Source of the DNA: Terriglobia bacterium
GTDB lineage: Bacteria; Acidobacteriota; Terriglobia; Bryobacterales; Bryobacteraceae
DNA: 64,000 nucleotides
Direction: 5' to 3'
Assembly: GCA_963841675.1 (NCBI GenBank)
Contig: CAWJEH010000017.1
Location: 95,229 to 159,228, forward strand
Both the position numbers and the translations under genes were made by a program. Positions 17,153 to 25,086 of the stretch are shown here, one piece after another; the first letter of the stretch is position 1, and the number at the start of each line of letters is the position of its first letter. The notes under the pieces are model-generated. The model did no database searches. It was given only the letters and a program-made list of their open reading frames with translations, and was not told where the DNA came from.

Positions 17153-18376
17153 CTAGCGGAAGAAGCCGAGCTTTTTCTTTTTCTCGGGATCCGGGGTCTG
17201 GCCGCACGCCTCGGCCGCCATTTGCGCAAAGGCGCGCGCCAGGTTATTTTTTTCCGTCGCGACCGGCATCCCGGTGTTTTGCGCCCGCCGAACCGCCACG
17301 AAGTCATTCGGCACCTTCCATTTTGCCGGCTTCGTCAAGGCTTTGGTGATGGCGCCGTCGTCGATCTCGATGTTTCGCACAAGATACCGGTTCAGGACGA
17401 TCTCCAGCTTTCCATCATCTCTCCCGCCAAAATAGCGTGCAACAAAACGATTGGAGTTACGCAGTTCGGCAACGCTCACCTGGGTCACCAAATAGACTGT
17501 GGAGGCTATTTCGACGAGCGCCTCGTACATGTCGATTGAATGCGATCCAGCGTCCACTACAACGTAGCCGAAGTCTTCCCGAGCAACACGCAACAGTTTC
17601 TCTATTCCATCCTGCGGCGGCTGGGCAGCAGGGATGCTGTCGGGAGCGCCCAGAACCGCGAGACCGGAACTATGCTTTGCCATCAGGACCGAGAGGAAAT
17701 CCGAATCGAGGCGGTTCACGCTCTCGAGCGCATCCACCGCAGTGAATTTAGTCGTAAGACCTAAGCTGAGAGCGGCATCGCCGAGCTGCAGGTCGAGGTC
17801 TATCAAAGCCACTTTACTGCTGGCCTGCTTGGCTAATGCGACGGCGAAATTACTTGCCACGGTGGTCACGCCCGAGCCGCCCTTGGCACCTACAAAGACC
17901 AACAATTTCCCCGTTGCGCGCCTGTGGCGGCGTACTTCGTCGCGGCGCACCGAAGCGCGAACCAACGCCTCGCCTACGGAGCCCGGCAGCACCGGTTCGG
18001 TCAGAAATTCGCGGGCACCGGCGCGCATACATCGAACAAGCAACTCAGAATCAGTGCTGCCCGAGTAGACCATCACGGTTACCGAGCTGTTCCTTCCGCA
18101 GAGATTCTCAACCACATCCAAGGCGTGCTCCGGATTGGGATCGAGATCGATGAGCACGACGTCATAATCCGCTTCAATGATCCCGGCGAGGTCGTCCACC
18201 TGCGGGTAGCGCGTGAGCTCGCGAACAATATTGGCCTGCGGCCCGGCCAGCGCCTTCGCTACGGCGCGGCGTCTCTCCTCATGCGGCCCGATCAGTATGA
18301 GAGAGAGCGCACTCATACTCAGCGACTCAGTATCGCGCATAAAGGTGGACATCACGCCAGTCCTGCTTTCGCCCAT
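17153..18376 (-). CDS. cpaE: CpaE/TadZ: receiver-like N-domain plus MinD/ParA-type ATPase
   Basis: 407 aa. The REC-like region is SLILIGPHEE...VVLIDLDPNPE...VMVYSG. The deviant Walker A is VFVGAKGGSGVTTVASN. The exact start is uncertain. Confidence 0.9.
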   Translation of the reverse strand: MGESRTGVMSTFMRDTESLSMSALSLILIGPHEERRRAVAKALAGPQANIVRELTRYPQVDDLAGIIEADYDVVLIDLDPNPEHALDVVENLCGRNSSVTVMVYSGSTDSELLVRCMRAGAREFLTEPVLPGSVGEALVRASVRRDEVRRHRRATGKLLVFVGAKGGSGVTTVASNFAVALAKQASSKVALIDLDLQLGDAALSLGLTTKFTAVDALESVNRLDSDFLSVLMAKHSSGLAVLGAPDSIPAAQPPQDGIEKLLRVAREDFGYVVVDAGSHSIDMYEALVEIASTVYLVTQVSVAELRNSNRFVARYFGGRDDGKLEIVLNRYLVRNIEIDDGAITKALTKPAKWKVPNDFVAVRRAQNTGMPVATEKNNLARAFAQMAAEACGQTPDPEKKKKLGFFR

Positions 18377-18434
18377 TGTTTGCTTTCCAAAATTAAACGT
18401 TTAACTAATCCGCTCAAGCTTAATATGCCGCTTC

Positions 18435-18953
18435 TCATGACACAGCAAAAAAAGAAAAGATTGTCCCTATCGCAATGGCCGGCGCATACGGCATTTTCCG
18501 GGCAGCGGCGTTCCCCGGCACCAGCGTTTCGTGCGCCCTGAGACCACGCTTCGCCATTCCGAAAATCAGGTCGCTCGTACCGCTCAACGATTCCTTCAGA
18601 AATCCGCCGCAGGTGGCCCAAATTACCGCCATAATACCCCCGGCGATTCCCATAATCACCATCGCCAGCAGGAGTTGGGACGGGCCAATCCACGCCCCGA
18701 TTGCAGCGCAGAGCTTCACGTCCCCCATCCCCATGCCTCCGAGCCAGTAAAAGAAACCCAATGCGAGTGAAGCAATCAACACGCCCAGAACGCTCTGCCC
18801 GAGTCCGCTCCACCCGCGAGTGGCGCTAGAAACGGCAATTCCTGCCGCCAAAAACGGGAACACCAGCCAGTTCGGAATTCGCCGGCTTCGAAGGTCCGAA
18901 ACCGTCGCCGCCGTGAGCACGATGAGAGTAGGCCACCAGGCGATGGAATGCAT
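18435..18953 (-). CDS. cpaA: Flp prepilin peptidase CpaA/TadV (A24 aspartic peptidase, no methyltransferase domain)
   Basis: 172 aa and polytopic. The two catalytic-Asp contexts are VSDLRSRRIPN and GMGMGDVKL. Confidence 0.9.
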   Translation of the reverse strand: MHSIAWWPTLIVLTAATVSDLRSRRIPNWLVFPFLAAGIAVSSATRGWSGLGQSVLGVLIASLALGFFYWLGGMGMGDVKLCAAIGAWIGPSQLLLAMVIMGIAGGIMAVIWATCGGFLKESLSGTSDLIFGMAKRGLRAHETLVPGNAAARKMPYAPAIAIGTIFSFFAVS

Positions 18954-19025
18954 ATGAAACCAGAATAGAACTTGCGCCCGCGTCTCGAATCTACTTAGTC
19001 TGACTATTTACTATCGCAATCCGGT

Positions 19026-19040
19026 AGCCATTCCCGGCCA
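19026..19040 (-). promoter_or_regulatory. sigma54 (-24/-12) promoter for cpaA-cpaE-cpaF-tadB-tadC operon
   Basis: The minus strand reads TGGCTACCGGATTGC (plus strand GCAATCCGGTAGCCA), with exact spacing. It sits in the 127-nt gap between the GT-C gene stop (19081) and the cpaA ATG (18953), 73 nt from the ATG. Confidence 0.6.
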
Positions 19041-19080
19041 TTGGAGTATCGTCCTTGCTTTGAGGAGTGCCGTTCAACTG

Positions 19081-20730
19081 TCAACGCCTGTACACAGAAG
19101 CAAACGCCCCGTCACGCCTTGTATACACGAGCGCCGGAGAACTCGCCACCACTGGGAGTAGCAGAGCCAGATCCGCGATCGGTCCAGTGATGAATTCGCA
19201 GCCTGCGACTGTTACCGCATGCAAATCTTGGGCCGGAAATTTCGCGCGCAACTCACTCAGCCCGCGCTGGTACTCGGCGCCCTCGGGCGGCAGAGGAAAT
19301 AAAACGAAGTTCGTGAACCCGCTCGTGTCGAGATGTCCAACCAGGCGGGTATCTCGATACTGCATAGTAAATGCCCGTTCTCCCGCGGGTGATTTAAATT
19401 CGGGATATTCCACCGTAACGTATTGGGGGAAATAGTATCCGGCATGTCGAAATCCGAGAAAATGAGAGTCCAATCCGACGATTAAGCTACTTCTTCGGGA
19501 ACCAACTCGCGGTAGTGCTTCTTCGACCCTTCCAAGTTGCGCCTCAAATCGCCGCACGCTCTGATAAGAGCAGTAAAGGGGCGCGTACAGAAAGACAGCT
19601 ATGTTTACGGCCGCAAAGAGGCCTGCTAATGCGGCTTTGAAAGAGTTATGTAGCCGTGTTCGCTCCCACCATTCCGATATCCAGCAAGCGAGCCAGATGC
19701 ACAACGGAGGGAAGATGACCAGAAGATATCCACTATTGATGACCCTAAAAAACACGAAAGTAAAGAACAGCAGGGCAGGCGCGATCCAAACCCATGTGAA
19801 CGTCTTCTGTCGCGATGCTTTCGTGGGCCCAGTACACAAAGGCCGGGCAAACAGCACGCTAGCTGGCCCGAAGCAAAGTACGACAAGGCCGCCGATCAGG
19901 AGTAATCGCGCAATTGAAAGGAGTAGGAATGAGCCGGACGCATTCTGGTGGCCTGGCGACATTCTCCACAGCAGAGAAAGAGAGGAGAAGTAGGCGGCCG
20001 GTCCCCCGCTCGCGTAGACCATCGGCAAGAACCAGGCGAGCAGGGCAATTAGCAACGCCGCAAGGCCGCCCAAAACTCTAGCAAGCGGAATACGGCTGAG
20101 GAACTGGCCCAAAGCGGAACGCCGCGGAAACCGGGGTTCCTCTCGTCGACCCGCGGCATTGCCCGCATCCCTCGCACTCGAAACTGAAAACATGAAGAGC
20201 GGACCAAGGAACTGAAGAGTTGAAGGACGTACGCCTGCGGCAAATCCGAGAATGAGCGCGCCCGGTACGAGCCATTTCTCAGAGCCGACGTAAATTCTCC
20301 AACAAACGTACCCGATCAGAGCAGAGAAGAACGCCTCCACAATGTAAGTCAGGGCGACTGTGCCGTGGAACCAGGCAAGCGGCGACACCAAAAAGAGAAG
20401 GCCAGCAAAACGGGCTGCCCGGGTTCCGAACCATTGGTCTGCGAGCGTATAGGTTACTACGACGGCTCCACAACTGGCAGCTATGCTCACTAAGACAAAC
20501 GCCGCGTTAGGGTCATGGAAGAACTCGTTTAGCAGCTTTCCCAGACACACGTAGAGGAAGTACCCCGGAGGCTGCGGTTGATGAACGGCAGGATCGAAGC
20601 GGCCGATCGCCAGCGCAAAATTCACTGAATCAACGTCATATAACCGATGACTGCGGAAAAAAAAGCGCGTGAGCCCGACCGCGACGACCAACACGCTGCG
20701 ATCCACGTCTTGCCGGGGGCTCACAGACAC
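19081..20730 (-). CDS. GT-C-fold membrane glycosyltransferase (PMT/ArnT/DUF2723-like)
   Basis: 549 aa with more than 10 hydrophobic segments. The first loop is RLYDVDSVNFALAIGRFDPAVHQPQPPGYFLY, an acidic DxD-type loop motif followed by PPGY. A ~150-aa soluble C-terminal domain follows. The N-terminus is uncertain because the putative promoter predicts a TSS near 20726; in-frame GTGs lie at 20724 and 20706. Confidence 0.7.
   Translation of the reverse strand: MSVSPRQDVDRSVLVVAVGLTRFFFRSHRLYDVDSVNFALAIGRFDPAVHQPQPPGYFLYVCLGKLLNEFFHDPNAAFVLVSIAASCGAVVVTYTLADQWFGTRAARFAGLLFLVSPLAWFHGTVALTYIVEAFFSALIGYVCWRIYVGSEKWLVPGALILGFAAGVRPSTLQFLGPLFMFSVSSARDAGNAAGRREEPRFPRRSALGQFLSRIPLARVLGGLAALLIALLAWFLPMVYASGGPAAYFSSLSLLWRMSPGHQNASGSFLLLSIARLLLIGGLVVLCFGPASVLFARPLCTGPTKASRQKTFTWVWIAPALLFFTFVFFRVINSGYLLVIFPPLCIWLACWISEWWERTRLHNSFKAALAGLFAAVNIAVFLYAPLYCSYQSVRRFEAQLGRVEEALPRVGSRRSSLIVGLDSHFLGFRHAGYYFPQYVTVEYPEFKSPAGERAFTMQYRDTRLVGHLDTSGFTNFVLFPLPPEGAEYQRGLSELRAKFPAQDLHAVTVAGCEFITGPIADLALLLPVVASSPALVYTRRDGAFASVYRR
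19089..19127. promoter_or_regulatory. candidate enhancer sites: two TGTA-Y-ACA octamers upstream of the cpaA sigma54 promoter
   Basis: TGTACACA (19089-19096) and TGTATACA (19120-19127) are 31 nt apart. They lie 50-90 nt upstream of the -24 element, inside the last codons of the GT-C gene. Confidence 0.35.
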
Positions 20731-20736
20731 CTGAAC

Positions 20737-20751
20737 GCAATCACGCAGCCA
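20737..20751 (-). promoter_or_regulatory. sigma54-type promoter facing the GT-C glycosyltransferase gene
   Basis: The minus strand reads TGGCTGCGTGATTGC (plus strand GCAATCACGCAGCCA), with exact spacing. It is divergent from the flp promoter. It lies only 7 nt from the annotated GTG start, so either the start is further downstream or the match is fortuitous. Confidence 0.45.
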
Positions 20752-20818
20752 CTCTTTGGGTGCTTAAGTATGCAGGAGCGCCTTAACCGCATACCTACGT
20801 TTCCTGGGATAGCGTGTT

Positions 20819-20836
20819 TGTATACGGCTGTGGACA
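20819..20836. promoter_or_regulatory. candidate enhancer sites between the divergent flp and GT-C sigma54 promoters
   Basis: TGTATACG (20819-20826, 7 of 8) and TGTGGACA (20829-20836) are 10 nt apart. This is the same pair geometry as at 8327/8337. Confidence 0.35.
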
Positions 20837-20843
20837 CTGCGAT

Positions 20844-20885
20844 AACTGCAGCAGACCGATGAAGAACTGCAGTAGACCGATGAAC
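20844..20885. repeat. perfectly abutting 21-bp tandem direct repeat (2 copies, 2 mismatches)
   Basis: AACTGCAGCAGACCGATGAAG (20844-20864) abuts AACTGCAGTAGACCGATGAAC (20865-20885). Each copy contains the CTGCAG palindrome. The repeat ends 37 nt upstream of the flp -24 GG. Confidence 0.85.
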
Positions 20886-20921
20886 CGCTTTCGTTTCAGT
20901 ACGTTCCGTGAGTGTGACGTT

Positions 20922-20936
20922 TGGCTCCCGAATTGC
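20922..20936 (+). promoter_or_regulatory. sigma54 (-24/-12) promoter for flp (and probably the downstream glycosylation genes)
   Basis: TGGCTCCCGAATTGC has the exact TGGC-N7-TTGC spacing. It lies 60 nt upstream of the flp ATG (20996), which has its own AGGAGA Shine-Dalgarno. Confidence 0.65.
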
Positions 20937-20995
20937 CGTAAGGAGAGTACGTAGCTTGTAATGCAAGTACGAACTTAAACCAGGAGACAAATTGG

Positions 20996-21202
20996 ATGCG
21001 AAATGCTTTTCTGAAACTCTACGTGAAGGCCGAGGTGATGCTGGCCGCGATTAAAAACGAAGAAGACGGACAGGATCTCATCGAGTACGCACTCGTAGTA
21101 GCCCTTATTGCCCTTGCCGCCACGGCCGGAATGAGTACTCTGGCCACCAGCATCAACAGTGCCTTTACATCCGTCGCTACCAAGCTCAACAGCTACGTCT
21201 AA
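20996..21202 (+). CDS. flp: Flp/Fap-family type IVc prepilin
   Basis: 68 aa: MRNAFLKLYVKAEVMLAAIKNEEDG|QDLIEYALVVALIALAATAGMSTLATSINSAFTSVATKLNSYV. The G-XXXX-EY processing motif is followed by a hydrophobic helix. The predicted mature pilin is 43 aa with a Ser/Thr-rich C-terminal half. Confidence 0.9.
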   Translation: MRNAFLKLYVKAEVMLAAIKNEEDGQDLIEYALVVALIALAATAGMSTLATSINSAFTSVATKLNSYV

Positions 21203-21324
21203 GGCTGCGGTCGAACGGGAGAGCGCGTCAATTAACGAGCCGTTTCTCCCTCGAGGCTATGCCGAATTGGACACAATAAATTAGAAATCAACAGTTCTAA
21301 CAACTCGCTCACTGGAGCGGACAG

Positions 21325-22392
21325 ATGCTGCTTTCCATTGTAATTCCCGTATTCAACGAGGCGGCGACCTTGGGCCTGATGATCGCCCGTCTGCGTGCTG
21401 TTCTTTCAGAGCTGAATTGGGAAGTCATTTTCGTGGACGACGGCAGCACGGACAGATCGCTCGAAGTAATTCGTCGAGCGGCACTAGATGATCCGCGAGT
21501 GAAGGCAATCGGCTTCAGCAGGAACTTCGGCCATCAGGCCGCGGTAACCGCAGGCCTGGACTTCGCGGAAGGTGATGCGGTCGTGGTCATGGACGCCGAC
21601 CTGCAGGACCCTCCTGAACTTCTACCTCAAATGGTGCAGCTGTTTGAGGATGGCTACGACGTGGTTTCACCGAGACGCGTGGCTCGCGATGGTGAAACGA
21701 TATTTAAGAGATCCACGGCCGCCCTGTTCTATCGGGGGATGGCGCGCATGGTGGATCGGCGGCTCACGGCAGACGTCGGGGATTTTCGTCTGTTCAGCAG
21801 GCGGGCGGTTTTAGGCATTCGCTCCTTCCGCGAACATCACAGGTTTATGCGCGGGCTGGTAGCTTGGCTTGGACTGAAGGAAGCGATTCTTCCTTTTGGA
21901 AGGCAAGCCCGGGCAGGCGGCGAAACTAAGTATTCGTTGTTCAAGATGGTACGATTTGCCTGGACGGCGGTTTCTTCGTTCTCGGCCCTTCCACTGCGCC
22001 TTAGCATGGCCGCGGGAACTATTCTTAGCTGCGCAGGTTTTGCCTATCTTCTGCGAGTGCTCTATCTGGCGTTCTGGACTCACAGGCTGGTCCAGGGCTG
22101 GGCGTCCATTGTCGTACTGCAGTGCATCTTTTCCGGGATGATTCTGCTTGCACTCGGAGTGATCGGCGAGTACGTAGCCAGAAGTTACGAAGAGAGTAAA
22201 GGCCGTCCGCTGTACGTGTTAACAAGCACTGTTAACACAGAACTGCCGCAATACGAGATACCTTGTGCCTCCATCCTGATTCGGCCCGAGATTTCTGAAA
22301 GCAATGTGATCACGCTCCCTCGCGCGAGCCGCTTCCCTGAAGCCGCAATCACAGGTTTCGAGCACAAAGCGACAGCCCGTATCCGGACATAG
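21325..22392 (+). CDS. GT2 polyprenyl-phosphate glycosyltransferase (GtrB/ArnC/DPM1-like)
   Basis: 355 aa. The blocks are [54 protein letters not shown] and DFRLFSRR. Two C-terminal TM helices contain [18 protein letters not shown]. This is the signature architecture of lipid-phosphate sugar-charging GT2 enzymes. Confidence 0.9.
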   Translation: MLLSIVIPVFNEAATLGLMIARLRAVLSELNWEVIFVDDGSTDRSLEVIRRAALDDPRVKAIGFSRNFGHQAAVTAGLDFAEGDAVVVMDADLQDPPELLPQMVQLFEDGYDVVSPRRVARDGETIFKRSTAALFYRGMARMVDRRLTADVGDFRLFSRRAVLGIRSFREHHRFMRGLVAWLGLKEAILPFGRQARAGGETKYSLFKMVRFAWTAVSSFSALPLRLSMAAGTILSCAGFAYLLRVLYLAFWTHRLVQGWASIVVLQCIFSGMILLALGVIGEYVARSYEESKGRPLYVLTSTVNTELPQYEIPCASILIRPEISESNVITLPRASRFPEAAITGFEHKATARIRT

Positions 22393-22414
22393 ACATCCGT
22401 CGCGGGCCCAATGT

Positions 22415-24193
22415 TTGAGAATGGCTACAGCCCCTTCTAACCCGCCGTCTATCCTACTGATCGAAGCCGCCCTGACTCTAATCACCATTGCGCTCGCGTT
22501 CTGCTGGCCGCAAAGCCGTTCCGGCGTTTTCCTCAAGCTGGAGCAGATGTTCGGAAGACTGGCACAGCGGCGAGCTTTATCCGCAGTGTTAGTAGGGACG
22601 GGAGCTTGCATACTGCGCCTGGTAATTCTTCCCTTCTCCCCCATTCCGCAGCCATTCCTTACCGACGATTTCAGCTATCTTCTCGCCGCAGATACATTTG
22701 CATCCGGACGGCTGACCAATCCGACTCACCCGATGTGGGTACATTTCGAAAGCTTTCACATCACGCAGATCCCGAGCTACATGTCGATGTATTTTCCCGC
22801 TCAAGGCATGCTGCTGGCGGCCGGGAAAATACTCGCGGGCCATCCCTGGTACGGCGTATGGGCGAGCGCAGGACTGATGTGCGCTGCCTTCTGCTGGATG
22901 TTGCAGGGCTGGCTGCCGCCGCGCTGGGCGCTGCTCGGGGGTTTACTAGCCGTTCTCCGGATCGCGCTGTTCAGCTATTGGGTCGATCAGTATTGGGGCG
23001 GTGCGTTGCCGGCGCTCGCGGGCGCCCTGGTGCTCGGGGCGGTTCCTCGAATTCGGCGCGGCTTCCGTACTCGAGACTTTCTCTGGATGGCCCTCGGCAT
23101 TGCCATTCTCGCGAACAGCCGTCCGTACGAAGGCCTGCTTGTAGCAACCCCAGCAATTGTTGCCGTGTGCTGGTGGATCGCCAGGAGGCCGCATCCCGCG
23201 GCATCCATTCTGGCGCGGCGCATAACTCCCGCCGCTGTACTGCTTCTGTTCACCCTGGGATTCATGGCTTATTACAACTACAGGGTGTTTGGAAACGCGT
23301 TCACACCTCCTTATCAAGCCAATCGAGCGGAATACGCCTCGGCGCCTCATTTCGTGTGGCAGTCGGCGAGACCCGAACCCGCGTACCGACACGAGGTCAT
23401 GCGCGAGTTCTATTCCGGTTGGGAATTGCGCTGGTTCGACGAGATGCGAACGCCCGGAGGTTTTATTAGAAAAACTCTCAAGAAACTGGGCATCGCTGTC
23501 CTTTTCTATTTCGGCGTGGTGCTGCTGATTCCCTTGGTGATGCTGCCGAAGGCGTTGGTTGACCGCCGCATCCGTTTTCTGGTAATTACCGGCGGCATTT
23601 TCGGAATCGGACTAGCGGTGGAGACCTGGCTGCTTCCCCACTACGTCGCACCCTTTGCGGCAGGTGTCTACGCGATTCTGCTACAGTGCATGCGTCACTT
23701 GCGGGCGCGGCGCCCACATGGGCAACCGGCAGGGTTGTTCCTGGTACGTGCGATCCCGGCGCTGTGCGTTCTGCTGGCCGTGCTCCGGTTATATGCGCAA
23801 CCACTGCACATCCAGCTCCCCAACGCGCTATCGTTTACGGCTTATGGAATGCCGCCGCTCGGGGCGCGGCGAGCGCACCTTTTGGAGGAACTGAAGAAAA
23901 TCCCCGGGAGACAGCTCGCCATCGTTCGGTATACGCCTGATCACGACATTGCTGACGAATGGGTATACAACGCTGCCGCGATCGATAAGGCAAAGGTGGT
24001 TTGGGCGCGGGCGATGGACCCAGCCAGCGATCAGAAATTGCTTCAATACTACAGAGACCGTAAGGCGTGGCTCGTGGAACCGGATTTCAATCCACCCAGG
24101 ATTTCGCCGTACCCCGATCGCGGGTTCGCGGGATTTGAAGGCGAGATGGTGTCTCGGGTTATCTCCGCGCCCGCAAGAACGTCGAGACCCTAG
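22415..24193 (+). CDS. large polytopic membrane protein, probable GT-C-type glycosyltransferase
   Basis: 592 aa with about 12 hydrophobic segments. The first extracytoplasmic loop, [31 protein letters not shown], carries an acidic DD motif. A soluble C-terminal region is present. It lies 22 nt after the GT2 gene. Confidence 0.6.
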   Translation: MRMATAPSNPPSILLIEAALTLITIALAFCWPQSRSGVFLKLEQMFGRLAQRRALSAVLVGTGACILRLVILPFSPIPQPFLTDDFSYLLAADTFASGRLTNPTHPMWVHFESFHITQIPSYMSMYFPAQGMLLAAGKILAGHPWYGVWASAGLMCAAFCWMLQGWLPPRWALLGGLLAVLRIALFSYWVDQYWGGALPALAGALVLGAVPRIRRGFRTRDFLWMALGIAILANSRPYEGLLVATPAIVAVCWWIARRPHPAASILARRITPAAVLLLFTLGFMAYYNYRVFGNAFTPPYQANRAEYASAPHFVWQSARPEPAYRHEVMREFYSGWELRWFDEMRTPGGFIRKTLKKLGIAVLFYFGVVLLIPLVMLPKALVDRRIRFLVITGGIFGIGLAVETWLLPHYVAPFAAGVYAILLQCMRHLRARRPHGQPAGLFLVRAIPALCVLLAVLRLYAQPLHIQLPNALSFTAYGMPPLGARRAHLLEELKKIPGRQLAIVRYTPDHDIADEWVYNAAAIDKAKVVWARAMDPASDQKLLQYYRDRKAWLVEPDFNPPRISPYPDRGFAGFEGEMVSRVISAPARTSRP

Positions 24194-24215
24194 ATGCGTC
24201 TCAGAAGATTGACTG

Positions 24216-25031
24216 ATGAATAGCGCGTCGCAAGAAGTACACGCGAAAGAATCGCTTTTTCATGATGCATGGGCGTCTGAGACGAATCTCGCTTCGGTGG
24301 ATGTCCGTTCCGTTTTCGAAGCGCCAACGGCCATGGAGAACCAATTCATTCTCGGATTGCTGGGACCGCTCGCGGGCAAACGGATACTGGACGTTGGTGC
24401 GGGTCTCGGCGAATCGTCGGCCTATTTCGCCCTGAAGGGAGCGGAAGTCACGTGCACTGATCTATCTCCGGCGATGGTTGCCTGCGCAGCCAGATTAGCG
24501 CGGCTCCATGGAGTGAACATCAAACCCGTTGTCAGTGCGGCAGAAGACCTGAACGTGCCGCCCGATCACTTCGACATTGCTTACATCGCCAATACCATTC
24601 ACCACGTAACCGATCAGAACGCTTTATTCGAACAGGTGCGTCGTGCGCTCAAGCCAGGCGGCATTTTCGTGTCCATCGATCCCTTACGCTACAACCCCCT
24701 TATTGAAGCGTATAGGCGGATGGCGACCAAGGTCCGGACCGACGATGAATCCCCGCTGGGATTTGAGATCCTCGACCTCGCCCGCCAATACTTTGTCAGC
24801 GTGCGACACCGCGAATTTTGGATCGCATCGCTCGCTCTGTTCTTGAGATATTTCGCGGTTGACAGGATTCATCCAAATCAGGATAGGTATTGGAAGCGCA
24901 TTTTTCGAGAATCTAAAAGCTCCCTAAGATGGTGGCTTCCATTGCGTGCCATGGACGAATGCCTGACACGATTGCCTTTAGTCCGCCGCCTGGCATGGAA
25001 TATTGTCATCTGGGGAAATAGGCCCGCGTGA
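24216..25031 (+). CDS. class I SAM-dependent methyltransferase
   Basis: 271 aa with motif I (ILDVGAGLGESSAYFA), an acidic post-I residue (VTCTDLS) and motif III (LKPGGIF). It lies 22 nt after the preceding gene. Confidence 0.85.
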   Translation: MNSASQEVHAKESLFHDAWASETNLASVDVRSVFEAPTAMENQFILGLLGPLAGKRILDVGAGLGESSAYFALKGAEVTCTDLSPAMVACAARLARLHGVNIKPVVSAAEDLNVPPDHFDIAYIANTIHHVTDQNALFEQVRRALKPGGIFVSIDPLRYNPLIEAYRRMATKVRTDDESPLGFEILDLARQYFVSVRHREFWIASLALFLRYFAVDRIHPNQDRYWKRIFRESKSSLRWWLPLRAMDECLTRLPLVRRLAWNIVIWGNRPA

Positions 25032-25086
25032 CATCCATCTTTGCGGCTCTGGATTCAGCTGCTGCGATCCTGTCCAAAAGCGTGCA

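Noticed and set aside
21216-21256. A hairpin after flp (GGGAGA ... TCTCCC) that might act as a terminator or attenuator separating the pilin from the glycosylation genes.
   Set aside because: The stem is only 6 bp with a ~22-nt loop and no T-tract, which is too weak to call. Co-transcription therefore remains the default assumption, but it needs experimental testing.
22606-23469. 287-aa alternative-frame ORF inside the 592-aa polytopic membrane protein gene. Similar shadow ORFs occur at 6336-6908, 9270-9791, 17924-18541, 43364-43936 and 49262-49951.
   Set aside because: All have Arg/Pro/Ser/Gly-rich low-information translations, lack ribosome-binding sites, and lie within or opposite genes with clear family signatures. 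These are typical high-GC shadow ORFs.
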